A stretch of 64,000 nucleotides of DNA from Penicillus capitatus (lineage: Eukaryota > Plantae > Chlorophyta): assembly GCA_965649825.1 (NCBI GenBank), contig OZ287703.1:496001-560000 (forward strand), in the 5' to 3' direction. The position numbers and the translations under genes are program-made. Shown here piece after piece: positions 48,191-59,695 of the stretch (position 1 is its first letter; the number at the start of each line of letters is the position of its first letter). The notes beneath the pieces were generated by a model. The model was given only the letters and a program-made list of their open reading frames with translations. It was not told where the DNA came from and searched no databases.

Positions 48191-50256
48191 ATGTCGAACA
48201 CCGCCACATCGAGTCTCGCTGCCAGTCTTGCACGCAAGGCGAAACAAGTCAGCCACCCACGGGGTAGCTATCGGCCTAGTGCATGACTGTTCGCCATGGT
48301 AGGTGCTGGAAACCAAGACGGACGATGAGACATTGTTGCAATCACTGACGGCGCTGTCATCGCTCGAGAATGCAGATGTCCATGCAGCCGCGATGCCACA
48401 TCAGCTGCAATCTGCTGTTGAGAATGGGACAGTTCAGTGCGCTATGCAGCTACTGCAGTTAGCTGAGGGGGTCTCGGATCAGCTGACGCTTCTACAGAAG
48501 AGTGTAGATCAATTGAAAGGCGCATCGCAGCAGATGCGACACGAACTCGATCTCTGCTCTGCCCAGACGCAACCTTACCTCGCTTCTATGCAGAAACTGG
48601 AAGCTGCTGAGAAGATGAACAAGGAAAAGGAGACACTCATTGACGATTTCTTGCAGCGATATCAGCTGCTGCCGGATGAGGCGGCGCTTCTGGAAAGTGG
48701 AGAGGTGTCCGAAGCGTTTTTCCGTGTGCTGCATCGTGCGCAAAGCATTCATGCCAACTGCAAGAATCTCCTCCGTACACAACACCAACGCGCAGGGTTG
48801 GAGCTGATGGACACGATGGCACGCTACCAGGAAGCTGCCCTGAAGCGACTGGTTGAATGGATTCAGATCAAATGCCAGGAACTCGTCGACGTCGAAGCAG
48901 CAGAATTGGACCCCTTGATGCAGCAAGCCCTACAGTCACTTTCAACACGCCCAGTGCTCTATCGTTACTGCGCAGAAGAGGTTGCCGAAGCACGACACGA
49001 CGCTCTGTTCGAGAGATTCGTGAGTTCTCTTTCCCAAGGACCACGTCCGATCGAAATGCAGTCGGATGATCCAAAACGATATCTCAATGATATGTTGGCA
49101 TGGGTCCATCAAGCACTGGCATCGGAGATCGAACTGCTGGAGCTGCTCTTTAAGGACGTCCAACGCGGGGAGAATGTATCGGACAGAGATCTTCCGTCGA
49201 TCACAGACTTGATGAACAAAATCTTTCAGGGCATCGATCGGCCGTTGAAGGTCAGAATCGAACAGGTGTTGATGCTGCCGCCGCCACCTGTGCTCTGCTT
49301 CGAGCTGGGATGTCTACTGGAGTTCTACGTCGGCGTGATTCGGGATATCGCTGGAGAAGGATTCACATTGGTCGAGAGTTTGCAGAGCTGCCTAGACATG
49401 AGCGTCCGAACCCTGCATGAACAGATCCATGCCCGTGGGATTCGACTAGTACGGCACTCTATCGTTGCCCCCAGAGATCTGACACCGCCTACCGAAGTCA
49501 CAGAAGCGATACAGTTTCTCCTGCAGCTGCTGAATGCGCACGAGTCTGCTCTGAAAGTCACGGAACATCAAGAGGGACTGTCCATCGCTAATCTCGCAGC
49601 ATCTGTGCTGGATCCACTACTCCAGACGTGCACGAGATGTGCCAGTGAATTGGAGAACAGTGCGCTGCATCCGGAGAGCACCGTCAAGCCTCTTCTGTCG
49701 AAACACATCTTCCTCATCAACTGTCTGGAAACGCTAGTCACATCGTTTCACGACCGATCTGCCATCTCACGCAAATGTTCTGAACTGAGCACTCAACTCG
49801 AGGTGCCGATCGTCGTGAGCATTCAACGGGTTCCATTGTTGTTTGTTTTTGAAGGATTGTGTGAAGAACTGTGCCAAAGAAGTCGCTCAGTATCTGCTCG
49901 TGCAGTGTGGTCTCTCCGTTGTGCTGCATCGAATGGAAGAATACAAGGTACATGGAACGAGTGGCCGGCAGATGGCAGAAGATCCAGCGCTTAGTCTCAC
50001 AGCCATTTCGCAGGCAATGAAGGCATACTTTAACCTCATCTCCACCCCCGATGCCCTGCCAGAATTCACAGAGATCGTGGATGCGGACATCAAGCATGCA
50101 CTGTTTATGAAGATGTGTCTGACGTTAACAGAAGCGTACGAACAGGTCTACAATGCCGTTATGGATCCTGAAAACAGTTATGGACCTCCATCGACCATTC
50201 ATCTCTACATCGAGCATTCTCCCGAACACATTCGGACCATTCTGTCTGTCGAATAG
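48191..50256 (+). CDS. COG6: Conserved oligomeric Golgi complex subunit 6
   Basis: SLARKAKQ|VLETKT (intron 48248-48302); LLRTQHQRAGLELMD; DPKRYLNDMLAWVHQALASE; HSPEHIRTIL. Confidence 0.92.
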
Positions 50257-50291
50257 ACCCCCATGTAGCCACCATCCACCCAAGAAATTGT

Positions 50292-51801
50292 TTATTGATT
50301 GACAAGACAGGCTTCATTGCACGGTTCAATCTTCTTCAGCGCGGCATGGAGTTTCCACGATTCGTTCTGTGTCATGAGACCGTCGTCAGATAGCAGACGG
50401 CGTACGGCTGAGAGCACTGAGGCGTCTTCGGTGTCATAGGCAATGCGAAGGACATTGTTCTCATTGTCCCCGTCGTTGGAGATGGGGTAGTCCACCGAAC
50501 AAGTCCACAGTCCATCGATGATAAACTTGAAATTGTACTTCCCTGGATTCAGATCCCTGTGCAGTTCAAATCGTTTCTTTGAAGGGATGTACTCGAGGTC
50601 GTGTGGAGATCCCCATCCCATATCCAATCCCGCAATCTACCCGTCGCATCACCTTAGCCTCAATCACAGGGCTTTGAGTCACGGACTTGAACGTGAGAGG
50701 AGGGATTGGCTGCGACAGAGATGGTCGTTGGATGACGCATTGCACCGAAGACGAGATCACATGTCGCCTGACGGATAGCGTTGAGCTTCGGTCCACAAGG
50801 ACGCACCTTCTGCAATCGAGCATTGGCCGCCTCAAGTGTCCAGTCTCTGCACCAAAAGAGATAAGCCAATGCCACTCCCGGTGCACGACCCAGGCCTGGA
50901 ACAGTCTCTCTCCATCGTGTCGTTCTTCGATCGAGAACGCACCTGCTGTGCAGTGGATGTACATCACATCGCCTTCCTCCGGTTGATGCTGTTGACAAAT
51001 CATTCCCACGACCTATGTACATTCCCTTAGTTGTCACTCTTTTTCGATGTCACTCTTTTGCTTTTGGCAATTGGACTCTGAGATCCATCGGATCAAAATC
51101 GCGTATGGGACATCGGATGTGACGCACATCTGCCCTCTCCGCACACCTCTTCTCGATCGCCTGGATGTCGACGCCAAAGTAATCCAAGTTCACATTCTCT
51201 TGCAGACACAGAATCGTCGTCACGTGTTCGTCCTCCACCAATCTGCATCCGTATCATCTTCTGCAAAAAGAGCGAGAAAGCGTCATGTCACACTTGTCGA
51301 CATCTTCTGGAGTTTGTAAGCAAGAACCGACGATCAGGTCGTCAGTGAGATGGGCATAGTTCATTCCGTGTTCGTGACGATAGATCAACGAATCATCCTT
51401 CATCTTCTGTTGCATTTCGACGTTGTAGTCTTCCGAGAGCTCTTCCGTCTTCACGCTGGGACTCTCTTTGGACGCGTCCTCTTCGGCAAATGCCTCACAC
51501 TTCCATTTTCCAATCTCACAATCACATCACTCTCGCCATCTGCCCACGAACAAATGAACATCTATACTTTGCATCGTTGTACGAGAGATGGCGTCAAACG
51601 CGTTGCGTGTTTTTTGCTGTGCCTGTTGCGGGGAGTTGTCAATGAGGGAGATCATTTTCGCGTGGAGTCTTACCGTCGAGAGTCCAGGGGGAAGGACGCG
51701 TGTCGTGTCGCTTTGATTGCATGATGGCGTTTTCTGTTGGGCCGAGTGGCCAGACGGAGGCGATGGCGGTGACCGAGGGACGGGACTTGGATCATCATCA
51801 T
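50292..51801 (-). CDS. SEX4: Phosphoglucan phosphatase (dual-specificity phosphatase plus CBM48), starch degradation
   Basis: Transit peptide; HGMNYAHLTDDLIVGSCLQTPEDVD; DFDPMDLR; catalytic HCTAGLGRA; C-terminal PGKYNFKFIIDGLW. Confidence 0.92.
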
Positions 51802-51885
51802 CGACACGATCGAGACGAACAGCGAACGTGTCGTACATTAAGAGAACGACAAAGGACATTGTTTCCATCGTTGCATTCGACCGTC

Positions 51886-52298
51886 ATGAGTTCGGCAACC
51901 ACTTCTCAGAGCGGCACTTCGCCATCCGAATTCTTGAAGAGCATCAAGGGCAAGCCCGTCGTCGTGAAGCTCAATTCGGGTGTCGACTATCGAGGCCTGT
52001 CTCTCAACATCAACATCACTCGTGGGAAGGATCACGTGCAGGAATCCTGTCGTGTCTCGATGGCTACATGAACATCGCTATGGGCGAAACGGAGGTATTT
52101 ATTATCACACACCTTACCTTCTGCTGCACTCAGATGATGATCCCATTGCAGGAGTATGTGAATGGACAGCTGAAGTGCAAATACGGAGACTGTTTTATTC
52201 GAGGCAACAACGGTCGGTTTCTATGCCATATCTGAAAGGAGGCCGAACGGGAGTGTGTTCTGCCAGTGCTCTACATAAGTGCTGTCAAAGGAAAGTGA
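51886..52298 (+). CDS. LSM6: U6 snRNA-associated Sm-like protein LSm6
   Basis: KPVVVKLNSGVDYRG|ILSCLDGYMNIAM..EYVNGQLK.KYGDCFIRGNN|VLYIS across three introns. Confidence 0.95.
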
Positions 52299-52478
52299 CA
52301 GATGTCAGCTGATACAGCTGAAGTCTGTGTTGCGGATGCGAAGAGCGCAGAGTGACGATGACGTGCACACAACTGTCATTTCTCTGTGTTCATTCGACGC
52401 GTCTTACATCGTTGTATTTACAGTGACGGCATTTCATTGACAGCATGACATGTCCAACTCGTCTGCGAAGCAGCAGCG

Positions 52479-53706
52479 TCATCCGCCTTGTGCATAATCG
52501 TATCTGACGTCACATCACACTTTAATCAAAGAGTGACCGGACAGGGGGCCTACTCAATGGATGGGATGAGCGCTGTAATGAACTTTAGAAAGACTAAGAG
52601 ATAACTACGGGACACGGAATGAAGAGTGAGAATACGAGACAGTAGATGAGTGAGGTGGCTTACTGATCTACTGGGCAATTCTTTCCGCTCGCTTCCATGG
52701 TATTTAAGAGCTCCTTCATGACTTGAGCATGTCGACATGGATGTATTGATACGGCATGGATGTTCTCGTGGGGATGGGGATCCCATGTCAACGTCAGTCC
52801 TGCGTGTTCAGGACTCACATCCGCACAGATCTGCAGACACAGCAGCTGTCACATCACCAACTCCGTGCATCGTCTTCTCCACCTGTTCCGATGTCAATGG
52901 GGAGAGACTGGCATCGAAACCGACGAGCCAGAAACGTGGGACTTTGTACACCAAGTCATAGGTAATGTACAGATCGTAGAGTCTTCGGTTCTGTACCTGT
53001 GGGGGTAGAGCGCCCTGATAAAATGCAGTCCATCTCAAAAGTGCCAATAAAGACATGTGCCTCTTACTGGGTCATCTTCGACGTCCTCGCCAATTTCGTC
53101 TGCGGCTACTTCAGGAACGTCGATATCTCGATGCTGTATGTTTGATACCGTCCCGGGGCACACCCAATCTCCTGTCACATCACTTAATCAGCAACGGCCT
53201 TGCGTGTTTACCAATATCCCATACCATCATTCTGTTCTTCCTCGTTATCGCCGGTGGATTGTAACTGACTGACAGAATTGCACGGAGCTGAACAGCATGG
53301 ACACCATCAGTATCTCTCGATCCCTACCCACGCACCCACACAACATCACCTTTTCGCGTGACGAGGCACTGCTTCTCTCTGCCTCCTAAATAACCCTTCT
53401 GCTTCGAAGCAACACCTCCATACCTAATAACCGTCCATCTGGTCGACCTTCACCGAACCCTCCCTGCTCACCATTCCCACGAAGGAAATGCCTGGACCAG
53501 ATAATCCCCTGCTTGGACAAACTCGGCTGGTGTCAACGTCTACAGTCACTCTTTTCCAAACCAGTACCGTAGACAGTGTCCAAACACACTCTCTGTTCTT
53601 TGAACTGCGAGACAGTGGGGACCGGTGTCACAGAGGCGAGGAATTTCATGTACATATTGTGCATGCCATGCTTAACGCCGCCTGCCAGATTCGGCTGTGT
53701 GGACAT
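52479..53706 (-). CDS. ATG3: Autophagy E2-like conjugating enzyme
   Basis: FKEQR|TLTPAEFVQAGDYLVQAFPSWEW; YDLYITYDLVYKVPRFWLVGFD; catalytic SIHPCRHA; FLKFITALIPSIEYDY. Confidence 0.93.
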
Positions 53707-53949
53707 CGTCGTTTTCTCGATCGAAAGCGTACACCCGTGTCAGAGCGTTTCGTGTGCGCCACTTTGTCGTACGGCCGCTTCGGAGTCTCTTCAGTCTCCC
53801 ATCCTGTCCCATCAAGGAGTGAAGTGTATAAATGACGTGTCCTTTGTGTCCAGTCGTTCTGCATCGGCGTCGAAATCGAGCAACGAAGTGACACACCGAC
53901 TGTGCTGTTGCAATCGGACGGCTCTGCGATTCTGTGTTGGATTGGAAGG

Positions 53950-55213
53950 ATGAATACTGTGTTGCTCGGCGACGACGGCGATGGTCATAAGGCACCGAAT
54001 TCCAAACAGAATGAAAACATTCGCGTTCACTGTGAAGCAGCAGACTGTGGAGCCATGCTGGAAGTAGACTGTTCTTCGTGATAGCCGCACTCGGGACATG
54101 AAGCAATGCTGTGCAGATTCGAGTTCCGAGTGGACAGTACTGTTCCTCCCTCATCGTGCGATGTGGAAATTGCCAGAGGTGGGAAGAGGGGAGATAGGCT
54201 TTGTGGAGTGCGTGTGTATGTTTTTTCAGGCTGTTGTCGGTATGGCTGAACAAAGGAGGACAACCGATGGTGCCGCATACGCCGCTTCTCAGCCAATCCG
54301 CTTTCTACGCGAGTGGATTTGGAGACAATGTGCATCCAGCTGCGATGTTCCTCGGCAACGGACAAGGAACGGTACTCCTACGGCGTACAGAGATGACGGT
54401 GTAAAAGTGTGACTATGTCAGGTGTCCCATGACCAGTCGTCGCCCATAACGACAGTGCACTTGGCACGGCCGCCTCCACTGTCGCGCACACACGGGATGT
54501 CGTACGGGGAGAGAAAGGCGAGAAGAGTGAGATGAGTCGATAGAGATGGGAAGGAGTGAGTGTAGGCGGTGAGAGATGCAATGGTGAAGGTTCTATTGAC
54601 GTCATCATGCGACACAGCAACGACGACGGTTGGAAAAGACAGTACGGTAAGCGATGAGCTGCATCGGAAACCATAGTGTGATAATGGTGTGATGGGATGT
54701 GGCATTTTTCTGTACAGAGTGTGACAAACAGTAGTGTATTCAAGCCTGACATGGAGTATACCAAGAGGGGTGCTGGAGGCAAGATAAGAAAAGGTGAGTG
54801 CATTGAGGAGGGCATGCGTTTGAGTGTGGTTGTGTGGATAGAACGTCCTTTTCGCCAGACGTCTCCCTACAATCGCTTTATGAGGTGCTGTTATACACTG
54901 TGCAATGGCAGAGTGATGTAGTGCGAGATGATGATCTGCAGCCGAGAAGTGAAGCGGATCAAGGCAGAGAATCCAGAAATGGATCACCGAAAGGCTTTCA
55001 AAACGGCGGCCAGTAATGTATGGGGACATCTGTTACACTGCTTCGTGCAGAATTGAGTGTTTTCAGTGGGCCCGATCACCAACGGCGTGCCAAAGAGCTT
55101 TGATCAAGACGGAACAGCCGGATGGTGAAAAGACGGAACAGGTAGAATCGCCGATGAGTGTGACAGCATCCAGCCATGCCTTGTCGCTGCAAAGTACCTT
55201 ATGGTCTAGCTGA
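53950..55213 (+). CDS. YABBY-family transcription factor (C2C2 zinc finger plus YABBY domain)
   Basis: VHCEAADCGAMLE|IRVP..SLIVRCGNCQR|LLSV and ERPFRQTSPYNRFMS|REVKRIKAENPEMDHRKAFKTAASN|WARSP, assembled over GT-AG introns. The 3' end is uncertain. Confidence 0.88.
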
Positions 55214-56299
55214 TGTGACAGCTTCAATGTCGGGTTTTAGGTGATGAGCCAACTGGATGGAATGCACTCAGAATCCAATCGCAAGAGAAAGAAATGTCCT
55301 GTCCATTGAACGCCTCGAAACACAAAGGAATCAAATGCGTCGCACAGGACTGAAATTCATTGACTCGATCTTACCATTCTATGGCATGCATTCATGCTTC
55401 GTTGTATTATGGCGCGACGGAGATTTCTCCGGGGCAATTGGACACCATTCATAGATTAGGTAGTCGTTAAAGCATGCAACCGTTTTTTGTTTTTGGTTAT
55501 TTCTTTGTGGCCAACCTTCCCCCAGCAAACAATCGTGGTAGATCTAACTATCTATCAAGAACAGCCATTTCCGTTCGTGTCTCGACATGTGATATAAGAT
55601 AAGAATGTCGATACCATAAACATGATTGCGTCTTAACGAATTGTATATACAAGCTCTAAGGATTACGCGTTTCAGACAATCGTTGTTATGAGCCAGTTAG
55701 TATGCAGCATGGAAACCTTCAATGGCGGAGGAGAAAACTGAGCCGTCTTGTGTCCGCAGTGGTTGTTCTGTTGTTTAACAATGTCCATTGTCTATTGCTT
55801 GCCTTGTTGTCGTATGTTCTGTGTTATGTGCTTAAAGATTGGTCTGTAATTGTACGTCTGTGTTTTTCTCGGGCACAAAACTGAAGCACCGAAAATTGTC
55901 CCATACTGTAAGAGCTTTTATAGATGACTTACTAATGGATGCCATACGTTTGTTGTGAGAATTCAACGAATCAAGTCTGTACAGATCACAACATCCTGGA
56001 TGAAATCCAAAAGCCGAAAGATAGGAATGTGAACGGCCGTTTTTAATCGAACATTGCGAAACCGATCCCCCACGCTTAACGCTCGTTATGTAACGCGTTA
56101 GAGAGCACTCTACTCCAAGAGAAATCTGTATACACACGATCAAGTAACGGTGCTGCACATGGACAACCTCATACTCGGCCTATCTAACAGCACGGTCGTT
56201 GCAAGCATGTGGATACAGTTATTAAATTTGATGGAGAGAAGCTCGTTAGAATGGTAAGAAAAAATCGAGAAGGGTTCAAAGAGAGGTAAACAGCTACGT

Positions 56300-57686
56300 T
56301 TACCGTAGGCGTTGTAGTAATCCCCTTTGTCTCCAGCACTCCTGGTCTTCGAAGAGGATCGCGGCATCTGGCAGTTCTTGCCGAACGCGATCCATTCTCT
56401 CAGAAGTGACGGGATGCGTTCTGAGCAACGCAGGAACTTGACCTCTCCTTGATGTGTCCTGTTCGAGACGATCGAGTCGACTCAGCATCGACGGGGCAGC
56501 AGAGGGATCGAAACAGGCACGTGCCATAAGTCGCACTCCGATGACATCTGCCTCTGTCTCAGCCCGCCTCAACCACCACCCCATCAGCAAGCGCACTTCG
56601 ACAGTGACTGGCAGTTACCTTGAGTGAGGCAGCGTAAAGAGCAGATCGCCGAGTCCAAGTGGCAAGGGTACCCCAAAGAAAACATTGAACAGAAACTGCA
56701 CATCCATAGTATGCCCAATCATTGCATAGAGGGTAAAGGGTGCGACCTACCCTGACGGTCGTCAGGATGCCAAGCTCTGTGATACGTTCTGCCTAGAGGC
56801 ACATGTGAAGAGGGTGAGTGCCTCAGCGCCTCTGTAGAATGCGATTACAGAATGCCGTGCGACGACGTGGGCCACTTCGTGTGCCAGTACTGCTGCTAAC
56901 TCATCGACATTTTTCATCAACCGGATCAGTCCTGCTGGCTTGATGTGACAGGTGTGATCGGTTATCGGATACGATCTTACCGGAGTAAACGACCACTTTG
57001 CCTCCAGGCACAACGAACGCATTTACTTGATTGCTCTCGACCACCACAAACTCCCATTTTAGATGCTGCACGCCAACAATCTCACACAATGTCACTCATT
57101 CTGCGATACCACGTGCCTTCATGTGTCCGCAGGAGCCTTCGTTATCTGTCTGGCTAGCTACTTGTGCTATTTTCGAACCAATGTGTCTAACACACAGAAG
57201 ATCTAAGATGCTCACGTCCCATCACTTCCTCGACCTGACGAGCGTGACATAACGATGCGATTCCGGAAGCAATGTGCGATTTATCATAGCTTGTTGCTTA
57301 ACCTGCCATCGAAGTGTGACCTTCGATGTGATGTGACGTTTCACAGACCTGCTGAAACAGTGTGTTTCCGATACGCCGTTCCAATTGGGTCGAAATCAGA
57401 ATGGCATGACGGCGACGTGTATAAGGAATCGTCTCTCTACGCCATACCCAGAGCGCCAATCCCGTTCCAACGAGCCCTCCTGCCACGGCAAGGGCTATCT
57501 GGCTGGGAAATCGCCTCTGACGTTTGAAATGCTGATATCCTGTCCCCCTACATAACAGCATTGGTCACGCAATTCTGAGCAGATCGTCACGCACGTTGTG
57601 CGAAATCCCTGTGCAAAGATTATGTCACTGTGCTCTATCACTCGACGGTAGCTCTCTATACAAAATCGCTTTAGAGCGCGACGCAT
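56300..57686 (-). CDS. OMA1: Peptidase M48 family metalloprotease, OMA1-like
   Basis: RETIPYTRRRHAIL; WEFVVVESNQVNAFVVPGGKVVVYSG; ELAAVLAHEVAHVVARH (HEXXH); ETEADVIG; LLRTHP. Confidence 0.88.
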
Positions 57687-59479
57687 GTCGACACGTTGTG
57701 TAGGGCAGCAAGACGTCACATCATTTTTACCGAATCAACGAACGATGCCGTCCCTGACTGTCTCTCCGTTGGCCCAGCGCAGGTTGACATGGACGAAAAA
57801 CGGGCATCGAAGTGGCCGGATCCTGTCGAGTCCTGCTGTTCAGAGACCACAGCGAAGCGCCAAACCGTCGCGTGTCCGATGTCCGTCAGAACGCACAAGA
57901 GCCTCATCTACTGCGGAATCGGCAACGGAGGCGCTCTACGAAAACGTCGTCGACACTCGGATCCCTGTCACGGTGCGCCTCCCGCAAAGCCAGCCTCTCG
58001 AACGAGGTGTGCGTGTGGATGTGGTAGGTCATTACCGGTTTTTTGGGATCGGGAAAGGTTGTTTGTCGCGCTCTGTGATGGGGCATATTATTAGTTATCG
58101 TGCTTGTTGTGCAGACGACGTTGTTGAACCGTATTCTAACAGAAGAGCACGGCAAACGTATTGCCGTGATCGAGAACGAGGTGCCCATTGACTGTAACAA
58201 ACACCAGGGCGGCTGATGCGTCTTACAGTTTGGGGAAATCGACATTGACAGTGAACTCATCTCACAGAACTATGATTCGAAAGGACAGGGAGATGCCATC
58301 ATGATGCTGAACAATGGTGATGTGTTGACTGCTGTGTGCATCATGTGCGGCATAAGCCAGGTGCTCCATAGGTTGTCTCTGCTGCACCATGAGAGAAGAT
58401 CTAATTGATAGTCTCAATGCACTCGTGAGCTGTACAGGGATGCATCCCATTCGATGAACAGGAATACTGTGCTGTAGTATGAGAGACGCAATGAGTTTGA
58501 TCACATCATCATCGAAACGACAGGTGCTGCGTCTTGACAGGAGTCCAGGAGGCAGTGATGTGACTGATATACAGGAGTGGCAAATGTGTCGCCGATCATC
58601 TCGACTTTCTATCTGGCAGGGAATCTGCCGGAACGTGTGCGATTGGATGGCGTGGTGACTGTTGTCGATGCGAAACACATCGAAAGGCACATGGATGAGG
58701 CCATGGAGAGCGAAGGGGATGAAGCCATCGAACAGATCGCCCACGCAGATCGAATCCTTCTCAACAAAACAGATCTCGTTGGCGTACGTATCATGAGGCG
58801 TCCTGCTTGCCAGAAGGAGAATCGCATGCCGTGTTCAGGAAGGATCTCTGACAGATCTCGAACGACGCATTCGGAATATCAACAAAATGGCACAGTTGAC
58901 CAGATCAACGTATGCGGCTGTATCGGTGGACGAGGTGTTGGGAATTGGAGGGTTTGATACGTCACGCGTGGATGAACAGGTGAAGTGCTCTCGCACGCAC
59001 GGACAATAGACACATGCTTCTATGCAGCTTCTGAGAACCGAAGAGGAACATGAGCACGAGCATGAGCATCATGAGCATGAGCATGAGCACGAGCATGAAC
59101 ACGAGGAGCCCCATAACCACGAGCACCATCACAACGATAGCATAACGTCTGTGAGTATCGAAGTGGACGGCGATGTGGATTTGGAGAGAATCAATCGAAT
59201 GCTCACAGCGATCTTGGATTTCAGAGGCGAAGACATTTTCAGAATGAAAGGCATCGTTTCCATCAGAGGTTGGAAAGAGAGATTCGTCTTCCAAGTTTGA
59301 CACAGGAATGGAGAGAATATATGTGCAAGATTGGATCGTAGGGCGTGCACCAGATTTTCGAAGGTGTACCTGATCGACTTTGGCGTCCAGATGAGGAACG
59401 CATGACGAAGATGGTCTTCATCGGAAGGAACCTTTTCCAAGAAGACTTTGAAGCGGCTCTCGAATCTTGCGTGGCATAA
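57685..59479 (+). CDS. CobW/COG0523 (ZNG1-type) G3E GTPase zinc metallochaperone, probably plastid-targeted; start 57685 or 57745
   Basis: RIPVT|VITGFLGSGK|TTLLN; IENE|FGEIDID; NG|CLCC; IIETTG; DRILLNKTDL; His-rich linker; CobW_C DIFRMKG..VFIGRNL. Confidence 0.92.
59044..59133 (+). repeat. (GAGCAT/GAGCAC)n tandem repeat encoding a His-Glu tract in the CobW protein
   Basis: EEHEHEHEHHEHEHEHEHEHEEPHNHEHHH. Confidence 0.95.
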
Positions 59480-59695
59480 GAATGCTTCCTTCACGAGCAA
59501 AGTACATTTTTAAGAGTCTCTTTAAACAGTGCGACGCGCTTTTTTAAGAAAGAATCGTATACAAATAAAGAATCGCACACCACGTCGTCGACTGTTCGAC
59601 GATCAGTGTCCAACAGCAAAGGAGGGAGGGCACTCTGTCACATGCAAACGAATTCATGCTCTTCTCGTGAAAGACCTATCTCTGCCAAAGAGACA

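Noticed and set aside
48239-48302. GC-AG first intron in COG6
   Set aside because: A canonical GT donor at 48248 gives LARKAKQVLE, which matches homologs better.
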